From assembly GCA_964455185.1 (NCBI GenBank), contig CAYVUR010000001.1, forward strand, positions 3,892 through 67,891: a DNA stretch of 64,000 bases, read 5' to 3'. Made by a program: the position numbers and the translations under genes. Below, piece by piece: positions 48,217-58,155 of this stretch; the first letter of the stretch is position 1; the number at the start of each line of letters is the position of its first letter. A model generated the notes under the pieces. It was given only the letters and a program-made list of their open reading frames with translations. It was not told the origin of the DNA and did not search any database. This DNA comes from an uncultured Gammaproteobacteria bacterium (lineage in GTDB: Bacteria > Patescibacteriota > Patescibacteriia > 2-01-FULL-39-33).

Positions 48217-51200
48217 ATGTTTTCTAGAAGAAAGAACAAAATTTTGATAAATATTGTGGCTACAATAATAATAGTCGCAATGTGTTTTGGTGTAGCTAGG
48301 CCGGTTAGAGCTGGTTGGCTGAATAATTTAGGTGCTTTTGGTGGTTTTGTTGGAACAGTTGCTGCTGGAGCAGCTATTGGAAGCTTATTTGCTATTAGTG
48401 CGCCGGTTTCTGTTCCGGTGGCTTTAATTGGTGGAACGATTTTGACTGCTGTGACTGAAGCTGGCGTCATGTATGTCATAAGTAGTAGAAAAGTTCAAGA
48501 ATCTGCTAATTCAATAGTAACTCCTATAGTTATGAATGCTGCGTTAACTGATACCTCCATTGGAACTTATGTTGCTGGTACTAACTTGCCCGAAAGTACA
48601 GGGGGAGTTTTAGAAACGTCTGCAAAAGCAATTGAGAGAGGAGTTAAAAAAGAAGATGTACAAGCGGCTATAGGAGGCATGAATTACAGTTATCAGCAAA
48701 CCGAGGCACTAAAAGCATCTAACCAGCAAATAAAAGATGATCCCAAGAATTCAACCATAGGTGATATTATTGCTCGCATGTTTGCTTGGCTTTTGTATTA
48801 CATAGCCGTAGGATTGGGTTGGGTTTTAATGTTGATTAGTTTTGTAATGCTTAAAATTGCTGTTTATAATAATTTTCTTAGAGAAGACGCAATACATTTA
48901 GGTTGGCAAATTATCAGAGATATTTGTAATAATTTTTTTATCATTTTATTACTTATTACTGCAATTAGTACTATGTTGCGTCAAGGAGACTTTAAAGATT
49001 GGCGTAGTATGTTACCTAAAATTTTAGTTGCTGCAGTAATAATTAATTTTTCTTTATTAATGTGTGGTATTTTTATTGATGTTTCACAAATTTTTACTCT
49101 TACTTTTGCTAGCCCGCTTAATTCTATTACAGGATACAATGTTATTTTAGCGGCTATGGGTATACCAAGCAGTATGCAATTAAGCAATCTTTCTTCAGAA
49201 GTAGGTACCACTGGAATTGAAAATATAGATCTAATAGCGGCTTTAATTTATGCGACAATAATAACTTTTGTTACAATAATAGTTATTACAGCAATAACAG
49301 TATTACTAGCTTATCGTATTATTATGTTATGGTTTTTAGTAATACTTTCTCCTTTACCTATTCTTTTATCTCTCTTAAAGAGAGGAGCTAGTTATGTTAA
49401 TTTATGGTGGGAAGAATTTTTTAAATATCTAATAGTAGGACCTGCAGTGATGTTTTTCTTATATTTATCCTTTATGTTTATGGGTAAAATGAATAATACA
49501 GGAACAGCTGGAAATACTTCTAATGTTTTAAATATTAATACTCAAAGTCTACCAACAGGTGCAACTATAGGTAGCGGCTCTAATGTAACTTTAACTTCAG
49601 GTAAAGATACTGTTAGTTTGTCTAATGCCGCTAGCCCTAATGGAGTCATTAATTTTTTAATTGTTATTAGTTTAATGGCCGGGTCTTTATTAATGGCTCA
49701 AAAAATTGGAACAAAAGGTTCTAAATTTGCTGGACAAAGTTTAACTTGGCTACAAAATCAAGGTAAGCGTTGGAGTGGATTTAATTTAGCTAAAAATTTA
49801 GCAAAATCAGCACCTAGAACTGTTGGCACCGCCATTGATGATAAATTGGGCCTTCGTCAAAAATTGTATGGAACAGCTTTTGCTGCTGGTGGTAAATATA
49901 TTCCTTTTGTTGGACAGGATTTAGGTAAAAGAATTGGCGTATTGGAAGAAGGAACACAGAGAAGAATTAATGCAAAATATAGTGATTTAGCTAAAGGTTA
50001 TCAAATTGATAAAATGAATGAAGAACAATTAAGAAAATTAGCTTCTAAAGGTGGATCTGCTGGAGTGGTGGCTACTCAAGCTTTAATGAAGAAAGGTTTA
50101 TTTAGAGATGATGATGAATTAAATAGAGCAAATAATATTGATATTATTAAGAAAGCTAGAGAGGCACTTAAAGGAACTGATTTAGGTAATACTTTTGATG
50201 AAAATCTTAAAAAATATAATCCTAGTTTAGCTTTTTCTACTATTTATGATGGTAAATTAGATAAATTACGTAGCGATTTAAAACTTGGAAAAATTGATAT
50301 TGATAAGTTAATGGCTGGTATGACTCCCGAGCAGATCAATAAACTCAAAGCGGATTTGGGTGGTGGCAATGGCGCTGTAGCTAAGTTTATTTTGAGTAAT
50401 TCTAGTGATATTGGTAAAACCTTAAAAGGTATGAATAAACAAAGTCGAGAATTGGTCACTCAAGAAATTGATCATAAAACTTTTGCTAAGCGCATCAATC
50501 CTGATGGTACGATTGCTGAATATGATGATGAGACTAGAAGGAAATATTTATCTTCAAAACCTGCTGATATTATGAAGATTTTTGATATGAATGACAAAAC
50601 TGAATTAGAAAAGGCTAGAAAACAATTTAGTAAGAATAGAGAGACTATTTTGAGGGAAATGGATCCAGAAGGTATGACCTCTGAATTTATTAAGAATTTT
50701 GGAGATTTATTTAATTTTAAAGAATTAGAGAAAAATTTCTCTGATCGAAGTTCTGAACATAAAACTGCTGCGACTAGAGCTTTGCAAGAACATCTTGATG
50801 CTTCACTAAAAGAGGTGAACTTTGAACAATTGGCTCAAAATTTGGCTCGAGCTATAGCCAGTGGAGATAAAGTTGCTATAGAAAAAGCTAAGAAAGAGCA
50901 AGCAGATATGGATGAATTAGTTAAGAAAAATTTATTGGCCCAAGGAAATTTATCACCATCAGTTATTAAAGCTTCTGGCTCTGATGATGCTTTAGAGAGG
51001 ATTTTGGGTAATCTTAATGGCGATGATGCTAGTAAAATTAATTGGGGTAATTTATCTGATCAAGAGAAAAATATTATATCTCAACATATTAATCCTAATG
51101 CTCTTAAATTGTTAGCAACTAGAGGAGATAATAATGAGTTGATAAGGGGAGTTCGCGATAATATTAGAACTAGAGCGAAGATAGATAATGATAATGAACA

Positions 51201-51537
51201 GATATTTAATAACGCTAAACAAAGATATAATGAAGCTAGAGGAAATCTTGAATCTTTAAGAAAAGAAATAACAGATTTAAGTAATGAGGCTGATGATGCG
51301 AAAAAAGCAGGAGATTCAATGACATATCAAAAGTTACAAAGCAAGATAAATAGATTGAAAAGTCAGGAAGCTACTTTACAAGCAAATTTATCTAAAGCGG
51401 AAAATGAATATAATCAGGCGTTAAATAATTATGCTTCTAATTTAGATGATAACAAGAATTGGAAAGAGACTGATTTGCAAAAACGAGAAAAAGAAATTAT
51501 TGGTAAAAAAAGTAAAAATAATAATAAAGAAGATTAA
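48217..51537 (+). CDS. VirB6/TrbL-like polytopic membrane protein with long soluble C-terminus
   Basis: GWQIIRDICN, PKILVAAVIINFS...IDVSQ, YRIIMLWFLVILSPL, WWEEF; position upstream of prgI/virB4. Confidence 0.7.
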   Translation: MFSRRKNKILINIVATIIIVAMCFGVARPVRAGWLNNLGAFGGFVGTVAAGAAIGSLFAISAPVSVPVALIGGTILTAVTEAGVMYVISSRKVQESANSIVTPIVMNAALTDTSIGTYVAGTNLPESTGGVLETSAKAIERGVKKEDVQAAIGGMNYSYQQTEALKASNQQIKDDPKNSTIGDIIARMFAWLLYYIAVGLGWVLMLISFVMLKIAVYNNFLREDAIHLGWQIIRDICNNFFIILLLITAISTMLRQGDFKDWRSMLPKILVAAVIINFSLLMCGIFIDVSQIFTLTFASPLNSITGYNVILAAMGIPSSMQLSNLSSEVGTTGIENIDLIAALIYATIITFVTIIVITAITVLLAYRIIMLWFLVILSPLPILLSLLKRGASYVNLWWEEFFKYLIVGPAVMFFLYLSFMFMGKMNNTGTAGNTSNVLNINTQSLPTGATIGSGSNVTLTSGKDTVSLSNAASPNGVINFLIVISLMAGSLLMAQKIGTKGSKFAGQSLTWLQNQGKRWSGFNLAKNLAKSAPRTVGTAIDDKLGLRQKLYGTAFAAGGKYIPFVGQDLGKRIGVLEEGTQRRINAKYSDLAKGYQIDKMNEEQLRKLASKGGSAGVVATQALMKKGLFRDDDELNRANNIDIIKKAREALKGTDLGNTFDENLKKYNPSLAFSTIYDGKLDKLRSDLKLGKIDIDKLMAGMTPEQINKLKADLGGGNGAVAKFILSNSSDIGKTLKGMNKQSRELVTQEIDHKTFAKRINPDGTIAEYDDETRRKYLSSKPADIMKIFDMNDKTELEKARKQFSKNRETILREMDPEGMTSEFIKNFGDLFNFKELEKNFSDRSSEHKTAATRALQEHLDASLKEVNFEQLAQNLARAIASGDKVAIEKAKKEQADMDELVKKNLLAQGNLSPSVIKASGSDDALERILGNLNGDDASKINWGNLSDQEKNIISQHINPNALKLLATRGDNNELIRGVRDNIRTRAKIDNDNEQIFNNAKQRYNEARGNLESLRKEITDLSNEADDAKKAGDSMTYQKLQSKINRLKSQEATLQANLSKAENEYNQALNNYASNLDDNKNWKETDLQKREKEIIGKKSKNNNKED

Positions 51538-51544
51538 TTAATTC

Positions 51545-52963
51545 ATGGCGGAAAATAATCAAAATAAAATTCAAGATTTAGAAGAAATTAAGCAATCTAA
51601 TCCCTGGATTGTTGATTTCGGTTTATCTGATGCAGAAATAGTTGCCATTGTTAATCTTATTGGTCAAGTTATCTGGGGCGATATTGATTTGCAGGAATAT
51701 TCAGAAATGATTAAAAAAGTAATTCTTAAAGACCCTCAAATAAAGCGTCAAATTGAAATTGCCATCGCTAAAAATAGGCTTATGGCGTTTAAGGACGAGA
51801 TTGATGGAGTTGAGGATTATATTCGTTCATTAGGTATAACGGTTTTAGAAGTCAGACCGCCTCAAAAAGAAGAGAGTAGTCTTGAAGGTTTACCAGAAAT
51901 CAAATCTGATACTGCCAGATCTTCATCCGGCATGGCCTTTTCTATGTCTGATGAAAAAGAAATTCAATCAATAAAAGTTCCTGATTATGAAGAAAAAATT
52001 GATTGGGGTAGCCAAATAAAGTCTATAATTTCTCAATTTGGTTTTCGCGAATCAGATCCTGTTATTGTTAAACGTTTAGAAAATATTATTATAGCTAGAC
52101 TTAAAGATATTCGTGATGATTTAGAAACTTTTGATATTTTAACTCGATCACGTAAAATTGGAGGTATGGAATTTAGTGATACTCAAGCTGAGCAATTACT
52201 TTCTTTAATAAGAAATCAAGATTCTTTTAAGGTGGCAAAAATAGAAAATGATTTAACTTTAGCAAGTAAGCCTAAATCATCGGTAATCTCACCTAAAATA
52301 GAAATAGAAGATGGTTTACCTGTAGTTCGCTTACCGGATGATTTAATAGTTAAACCGGAATTATTAAATGAAAAAGAATTAGAAGAAGAATTAATTTTTC
52401 AAAAATCAAAAGAAACAGCTTCTAATATTGAAATCAATAATAATAAGGAGAAAGAATCTAACTTAGAAATTAAAAAAGAAGAAATTAATAAATCTAGTGA
52501 TAATAAAATTGTCACTAATTCTTTTACAACAATTACTCCTAAACCTGAGCCTTTTTTAGCATCTAAAAAAATACCATCAATTACTAATATTAAAAATTCT
52601 TCAAAACCACATCTTGATGGTATTAAAATAACTAAAACAATAATGGGGCCAATTGATGAATTAGAAGCAATGACCTTAATAGAATTTCGTCGTCTTTCTT
52701 CTGACCCTTTTGAAGCAATTAAAAAAATTCAAGAAGATATTGAGCTTATTAGTAAAGAAGGATTTGATCGGCGTAATGAAGCCATTGCCGCTTGGCATCG
52801 TAGTGAAGTTAGTAAGTTTTATCGTCTTTTAGGGCAACTTGCTATGTCAGAAGGAAAAAGTGTATCTTCAGTAATAGAAGAAAGATTAATTTCTGGCAAA
52901 CCAACTTTATCAATGAATGAATTTGAAGCGATCACAGAACTTAATAAATTAATTAGATTTTAA
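51545..52963 (+). CDS. Hypothetical soluble protein of the T4SS-like cluster
   Basis: 472-aa ORF tightly spaced with neighbours; no motif recognised. Confidence 0.7.
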   Translation: MAENNQNKIQDLEEIKQSNPWIVDFGLSDAEIVAIVNLIGQVIWGDIDLQEYSEMIKKVILKDPQIKRQIEIAIAKNRLMAFKDEIDGVEDYIRSLGITVLEVRPPQKEESSLEGLPEIKSDTARSSSGMAFSMSDEKEIQSIKVPDYEEKIDWGSQIKSIISQFGFRESDPVIVKRLENIIIARLKDIRDDLETFDILTRSRKIGGMEFSDTQAEQLLSLIRNQDSFKVAKIENDLTLASKPKSSVISPKIEIEDGLPVVRLPDDLIVKPELLNEKELEEELIFQKSKETASNIEINNNKEKESNLEIKKEEINKSSDNKIVTNSFTTITPKPEPFLASKKIPSITNIKNSSKPHLDGIKITKTIMGPIDELEAMTLIEFRRLSSDPFEAIKKIQEDIELISKEGFDRRNEAIAAWHRSEVSKFYRLLGQLAMSEGKSVSSVIEERLISGKPTLSMNEFEAITELNKLIRF

Positions 52964-52966
52964 ATT

Positions 52967-53416
52967 ATGCAACAAGTAGTTGTACCACAATTTTTAGATG
53001 TAGAAGATAAAATTATTGGGCCAATTACAGTACGTCAATTTATTGAATTAGTAATTGGAGCTATTTTTATCGCTATACTTTATAAATTGCTTTATTTACC
53101 TTATTTTTTAGTTGCTGGTTTTATCGTTTTTGGTATTACCATGATTATAGCTTTTGCTAAAATAAATGGGCAGGTTTTTCATATTTTTATGCTTAATTTT
53201 TTTCAGACAATGATAAATCCTAAATTAAAAATTTGGCGAAAAAGAGTAACTCTTAAAGAAATAAAAGCCGATTTATCTAAACCTAAAGAAGAAAATTTAC
53301 AATTAGTAAAAATGTCTCATCGACCAATAAGTTCTTCGCGACTTTCAGAAATCGCCTTAATTATAGATACGGGAGGAGTTTATCAAGGAGAAGAAAATAA
53401 TAATTTAATAAAATAG
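52967..53416 (+). CDS. PrgI family (VirB3-like) protein
   Basis: VPQFLDVEDKIIGPITVRQF followed by two TM helices. Confidence 0.85.
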   Translation: MQQVVVPQFLDVEDKIIGPITVRQFIELVIGAIFIAILYKLLYLPYFLVAGFIVFGITMIIAFAKINGQVFHIFMLNFFQTMINPKLKIWRKRVTLKEIKADLSKPKEENLQLVKMSHRPISSSRLSEIALIIDTGGVYQGEENNNLIK

Positions 53417-53419
53417 TTT

Positions 53420-54100
53420 ATGGCAGGAAGAAAAGCTAACAATTCAACACCATCAACCCAAAGTTTTCTTCAAATTTCTGAAATAAAAGATGATACAATA
53501 GTAATGAAGGATGGTAGTTTGCGGGCAGTCTTATTAGTTTCAAGTATTAATTTTGCGCTTAAATCGGAAGATGAACAAAATGCAATTATTGCTGGTTATG
53601 TCAGTTTTCTTAATTCTTTAGAATCACCTTTACAAATAGTTATTCAATCACGCAAATTAGATTTAGATCAATATTTAGAGTTTCTTAAAGAAATTGAAGA
53701 AAAACAACAAAACGATTTATTAAAAATACAAATGACTGAATATCGTCAATATATTCAAGAATTGATTGAATTAGGCAATATTATGACCAAAAGATTTTAT
53801 GTTATAGTTCCTTATTCAGTTTTTGGAGAAAAAAAAAGAAGTTTTTGGCAAAGATTAAGTGATATTCTTGCTCCTGCTTCGGTGATAAATTTGGATCAAG
53901 AACGTTTTTTACAAAGACAAAAAGATTTATTTGTTATAGTTGATAGAGTTATGACTGGTTTGGCTAGTATGGGTTTACGTTCACAAATTTTGGATACTCA
54001 ATCACTAATTGAATTATTTTATAATACTTATAATCCGACAGTTTCTAGATATGAGAAATTACAAGATATTAATAAATTAATGATGGAACAAAAAATGTAA
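53420..54100 (+). CDS. TraC/VirB4 N-terminal-like protein
   Basis: IVMKDG.LRAVLLVSSINFALKSEDEQ...FLNSL..PLQI.IQSR, KRFYVIVP; lies between prgI and virB4. Confidence 0.65.
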   Translation: MAGRKANNSTPSTQSFLQISEIKDDTIVMKDGSLRAVLLVSSINFALKSEDEQNAIIAGYVSFLNSLESPLQIVIQSRKLDLDQYLEFLKEIEEKQQNDLLKIQMTEYRQYIQELIELGNIMTKRFYVIVPYSVFGEKKRSFWQRLSDILAPASVINLDQERFLQRQKDLFVIVDRVMTGLASMGLRSQILDTQSLIELFYNTYNPTVSRYEKLQDINKLMMEQKM

Positions 54101-54104
54101 TTTT

Positions 54105-56027
54105 ATGTTTAATCCTCAAGAAATAGAAAAAAATAATCAGTCACAACAAACTTTTGGTTATACTCCTCCACCACCTCTTAAAGGTGCTCAGAGATTAGCT
54201 GTAGAAACTAAAGAACTTGCTTTATCCAAAGAAGCTTTGGAAGAAGAAAAAATTTATCGCCGAGGAGTAGTTTCGGTTAGAGATTTAATAGCTCCCTCAG
54301 CCTTAGAAGTTAATCCTAATTATATTAAGTTGGGGGAACTTTTTGTTCGTACTATTTTTGTTTATGAATATCCTAGATATATTGCCGTAGGTTGGTTTGC
54401 TCCCATAATTAATATGGATATTACCGCAGATATTGCTATGTTTTTTTATCCAGTTAAGGCCGCGGTGATACTTAAACAGCTTAAGAAAAAGGTAGGTGTT
54501 TTAGAAGCAGGAATTATTTCTGCCGCTGAAAAAGGTGCGCCACGTGATCCTTTAGCAGAAACAGCGCTTAGAGACATGGAAAAATTACGTGATGACTTAA
54601 CTCAAGGAATAGAACATTTTTTTCAGATTTCTCTTTATGTAACTATTTATGCTAAGACTCTTGAAGAATTAGATAGAACTTCTGAAAGAATAGAAAATTT
54701 TTTTGGTTCAACGCTTATTTATTCAAGACGTGTTTTTTATCAAGCGGAACAAGGATTTAATTCTACTTTACCGATTGCATTAGATGAAATGCAAGTTTTT
54801 ATTAATATGAATTCTTCTCCAGCGGCGTCAGCTTTTCCTTTTGTTTCATCAGATCTTACTTCTGATCATGGAATTCTTTATGGGATTAATCGTCATAATA
54901 ATAGTTTAATATTATTTGATAGATTTTCTTTACAAAATGCTAACGCAGTGGTTTTTGCTACTTCTGGAGCTGGTAAATCTTATGCAATAAAACTTGAAGT
55001 GTTACGTAGTTTAATGATGGGAACAGAAGTGATAATTATTGATCCAGAACGTGAATATAATCATCTTTGTCAAGCTGTAGGAGGTACTTATATTGATATT
55101 TCACTTAATTCAGAAGGTAAGATTAATCCTTTTGATTTACCGCGTGCTGTTGGTGAAGATGCTAAAGCCGGAGATATTATTAGAAACGCAGTCATTACGG
55201 TTAAAGGTTTAGTTAGATTAATGATTGGAAACGTTACTCCTGAAGAAGATTCAATTATTGATCGAGCGCTTTTAGAAACTTATGCTAAAAAAGATATAAC
55301 TCCTGATGCTGATTTACGTTACGTTGAACCGCCGATTATGCAAGATTTTCAAGATATACTAGAAGGCATGGAGGGCGGAGAAAATATTGTTTTACGTTTA
55401 AAAAAATATACCGAAGGGACTTTTGCTGGCTTACTTAATAATCCAACTAATGTTAAACTTGATAATCAATTAGTAGTATTTTCTGTTCGAGATTTAGAAG
55501 ATGAACTTAAACCGTTAGCTATTTATACTATCGTTAATTATATTTGGAATATAGTTAGAAGCGAACTTAAGAAAAGAATTTTAGTAGTTGATGAAGCTTG
55601 GTGGTTAATGCAACGAGAAGATTCAGCTAAATTTATTTTTGCTTTAGTTAAACGTTGCCGTAAATATTATTTAGGAGTTACCACAATTACCCAAGATGTT
55701 AATGATTTTCTTACTTCTTCTTATGGACAGGCGATAGTTAATAATTCTTCAATACAATTATTGTTAAAGCAGTCACCGGCTGCAATTGATTTAGTTAAAA
55801 AAACTTTTTTACTTACTGAAGGAGAAAAGTATTTATTATTAGAATGCGGTGTTGGTGAAGGAATTTTTTTTGCTGGAGCTAAACATGTAGCGATTAAAAT
55901 TGTTGCTTCTTATTCTGAAGATCAACTTATTACTTCTGATCCGCGCCAATTATTAGAAATAGAGCGAGCTAAAAAAGAATTTGCTGAAGCTATGATGCAA
56001 GAAGAAAATATGCCTAAAAAAGAATAA
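54105..56027 (+). CDS. virB4: VirB4/TraE-like T4SS ATPase
   Basis: Walker A ATSGAGKS, IIDPEREY, INPFD, Walker B VVDEAW, RKY...ITQ. Confidence 0.9.
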   Translation: MFNPQEIEKNNQSQQTFGYTPPPPLKGAQRLAVETKELALSKEALEEEKIYRRGVVSVRDLIAPSALEVNPNYIKLGELFVRTIFVYEYPRYIAVGWFAPIINMDITADIAMFFYPVKAAVILKQLKKKVGVLEAGIISAAEKGAPRDPLAETALRDMEKLRDDLTQGIEHFFQISLYVTIYAKTLEELDRTSERIENFFGSTLIYSRRVFYQAEQGFNSTLPIALDEMQVFINMNSSPAASAFPFVSSDLTSDHGILYGINRHNNSLILFDRFSLQNANAVVFATSGAGKSYAIKLEVLRSLMMGTEVIIIDPEREYNHLCQAVGGTYIDISLNSEGKINPFDLPRAVGEDAKAGDIIRNAVITVKGLVRLMIGNVTPEEDSIIDRALLETYAKKDITPDADLRYVEPPIMQDFQDILEGMEGGENIVLRLKKYTEGTFAGLLNNPTNVKLDNQLVVFSVRDLEDELKPLAIYTIVNYIWNIVRSELKKRILVVDEAWWLMQREDSAKFIFALVKRCRKYYLGVTTITQDVNDFLTSSYGQAIVNNSSIQLLLKQSPAAIDLVKKTFLLTEGEKYLLLECGVGEGIFFAGAKHVAIKIVASYSEDQLITSDPRQLLEIERAKKEFAEAMMQEENMPKKE

Positions 56028-56040
56028 AATAAAATATTAT

Positions 56041-56625
56041 ATGTTTATGTTAGACAATAGACAAAAAATAATTATAAGTTTATTAATCAGCGTTGCTATA
56101 TTAATAGTAGCTTTTTTTCTGTGGTTATTATTTAAGCCTAAAGAAGCTCCAATAAATTTAGTACAAACTCCAACTTCAACCATTCAAATCGGACAATCAG
56201 TAGTTGAACCCGTTGTTTTAGAACCCGCTAATCCATCTAGAATAGAAAATGAAAAACAATATCCTTTAGGGTCTAAACAGGTTGCTATGATTTTCGCTGA
56301 AAGATATTCTAGTTATTCAACTGATGAACCAATCAAAAATATTCAAGATCTTCAATCTTTAACTACGTCAGAGTTTTATTCGGCGATTATTTCTGAAGCA
56401 AAAAATAGACAATTTCCTGATATTTTTTATGGTTATTCAGCTAAAGCTCTAGCAGCTAATCTTATAGAAGTTAGCCAAACAAAAGCCAAAATAGCAGTTA
56501 ATTTACAAATAGAACAAACTATAGGTGATGGACAAAATAGTAATATTTTATATCGCACTTTAAATGTTAATTTAATTAAATTGAGAGAAGAATGGAAAGT
56601 AAATGGAGCCTCTTGGCAACAATAA
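56041..56625 (+). CDS. Bitopic protein, possibly VirB8/TcpC-like (NTF2-like fold)
   Basis: N-terminal TM, FAERYSSYS helix, C-terminal beta strands ending LIKLREEWKV; directly after virB4. Confidence 0.5.
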   Translation: MFMLDNRQKIIISLLISVAILIVAFFLWLLFKPKEAPINLVQTPTSTIQIGQSVVEPVVLEPANPSRIENEKQYPLGSKQVAMIFAERYSSYSTDEPIKNIQDLQSLTTSEFYSAIISEAKNRQFPDIFYGYSAKALAANLIEVSQTKAKIAVNLQIEQTIGDGQNSNILYRTLNVNLIKLREEWKVNGASWQQ

Positions 56626-57251
56626 GTAATTATTTAATTGATTTAATTTTTCCTAAAATTTGTGTTTCCTGTGGCCAGCCAAATGAAAATTTGTGTAATT
56701 ATTGTAAACAATCAGTTAACCCTGTTTTTGGGACTAAATCGGTTCCTAATATTGACCAATTAATTTTTATTTGGCGTTACGATAACCAAGTAGTAAAATC
56801 ATTAATTAAATCTTTGAAATACGATTTTATTACTAGTCTTGAAAATGATTTACGATTTCTTTTTAATCAGCAAAATTATATTGAAAAAATTAGAGATTTT
56901 TGTTCTTCTGGATATTTAATACCAATTCCTTTACATAAAAAACGTGAACTTTGGCGAGGTTTTAATCAGTCAGTAATAATAGCTCAAATTATTTCAGAAA
57001 TAACTTGTTTACCAGTAAAAGATAATTTAATTAAAAGAATAATATTTACTAAACAGCAAGCTCATTTAGAACTGAATGATAGATTATTAAATTTAAAAAA
57101 TGTTTTTTTAGCAACTAAATGCTCAACTATTGATAAGACAGCGATATTAATTGATGATGTTGTAACTACGGGAGCAACTTTATCAGCTGCCGCTCAAGAA
57201 CTTAAAAGAAAAGGATTTTTATATGTTAAAGCTTTAGTTCTCGCTGCTTAA
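56592..57251 (+). CDS. comF: ComF family competence protein (Zn ribbon + PRTase)
   Basis: FPKICVSC...LCNYC, PIPLH..R...RGFNQS, LIDDVVTTGATL. Confidence 0.93.
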   Translation: MESKWSLLATISNYLIDLIFPKICVSCGQPNENLCNYCKQSVNPVFGTKSVPNIDQLIFIWRYDNQVVKSLIKSLKYDFITSLENDLRFLFNQQNYIEKIRDFCSSGYLIPIPLHKKRELWRGFNQSVIIAQIISEITCLPVKDNLIKRIIFTKQQAHLELNDRLLNLKNVFLATKCSTIDKTAILIDDVVTTGATLSAAAQELKRKGFLYVKALVLAA

Positions 57252-57330
57252 TTTTAGAGACCTTTACAAAAACACTTTATTTATGCTAAAATATGGGGGC
57301 TATGGGTAGTTTTAAAAATTTTTAATCTTT

Positions 57331-57421
57331 GGAGAGGTGGCTGAGTGGCTGAAAGCGGCGGTTTGCTAAACCGTTGAACGTCTATTTGGGCGTTCCGGGG
57401 GTTCGAATCCCCCCTTCTCCG
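57331..57421 (+). tRNA. tRNA-Ser (GCT)
   Basis: GGAGAGG acceptor, TTGCTAA loop, long variable arm, GTTCGAATC. Confidence 0.95.
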
Positions 57422-57439
57422 AATATTTTGATATATTAA

Positions 57440-57526
57440 GGAGAGGTGGCAGAGTGGTTGAATGCGTCAGTCTTGAAAACTGAAGTCCCCTTAAAAGGAC
57501 CGCGAGTTCGAATCTCGCCCTCTCCG
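57440..57526 (+). tRNA. tRNA-Ser (TGA)
   Basis: GGAGAGG/CCTCTCC, CTTGAAA loop, long variable arm. Confidence 0.95.
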
Positions 57527-57556
57527 CAAGAATTTTTTCAAAAATATAATAATTAT

Positions 57557-58054
57557 ATGTCAGAAAAAACAAACAACCCGGCTTTAACTGAAGCTTTATT
57601 TTATTGGCAACATCCGGATTATGTGGTTTATCACAAAAGTTTTAAATGGTATGCAATTTCTTTGATATTATTAGTTTTTGCTGTTATATGGACGATTATA
57701 GATGCCAATTATATGTTTGGTGTTTTCTTGGTTTTATTTTATTTAATACTTTTATTATTTGAAAATCGTCCTCCGGAAATGGTAGAATTTGCCATTACTC
57801 CAGAAGGAATTAAAAGTGGTAAAAAATTTCATTATTATCGTGATATTGATTGTTTTTATATTATTTATCGTGCCGAAGGAATAAAAAATCTTTATTTTGA
57901 GTTTCGTAACCCTTTAAAAGGAAGATTAGTTATTCCTCTTGATGGTCAAAATGCTGTTGCTATTAGAGATTATTTGATTAGTGTTTTGCGTGAAGATTTA
58001 GAAAGAGAAGCAGAACCATTAACTGAGCAATTACGCCGTTGGTTAAAAATATAA
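57557..58054 (+). CDS. Two-TM membrane protein with small soluble domain (PH-like, tentative)
   Basis: ATG 57557 in frame with the track ORF, whose 5' extension overlaps a tRNA; two TM helices then FAITPEGI. Confidence 0.75.
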   Translation: MSEKTNNPALTEALFYWQHPDYVVYHKSFKWYAISLILLVFAVIWTIIDANYMFGVFLVLFYLILLLFENRPPEMVEFAITPEGIKSGKKFHYYRDIDCFYIIYRAEGIKNLYFEFRNPLKGRLVIPLDGQNAVAIRDYLISVLREDLEREAEPLTEQLRRWLKI

Positions 58055-58068
58055 TATTTTTATATTAA

Positions 58069-58141
58069 GTGCCCGTAGCTCAGGGGATAGAGCGCCAGCT
58101 TGCGGAGCTGTAGGTCGCAGGTTCAATTCCTGCCGGGCACG
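58069..58141 (+). tRNA. tRNA-Arg (GCG)
   Basis: GTGCCCG/CGGGCAC acceptor, loop TTGCGGA, GTTCAATTC. Confidence 0.92.
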
Positions 58142-58155
58142 TATTAATTTTTTTC

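Noticed and set aside
57366-57572. 68-aa minus ORF and the 5' extension of ORF 57446
   Set aside because: Both overlap tRNA-Ser genes
57331-58141. tRNAs next to the T4SS cluster as possible ICE integration sites
   Set aside because: No duplicated tRNA 3' end seen at the other side of the cluster and no integrase in the window
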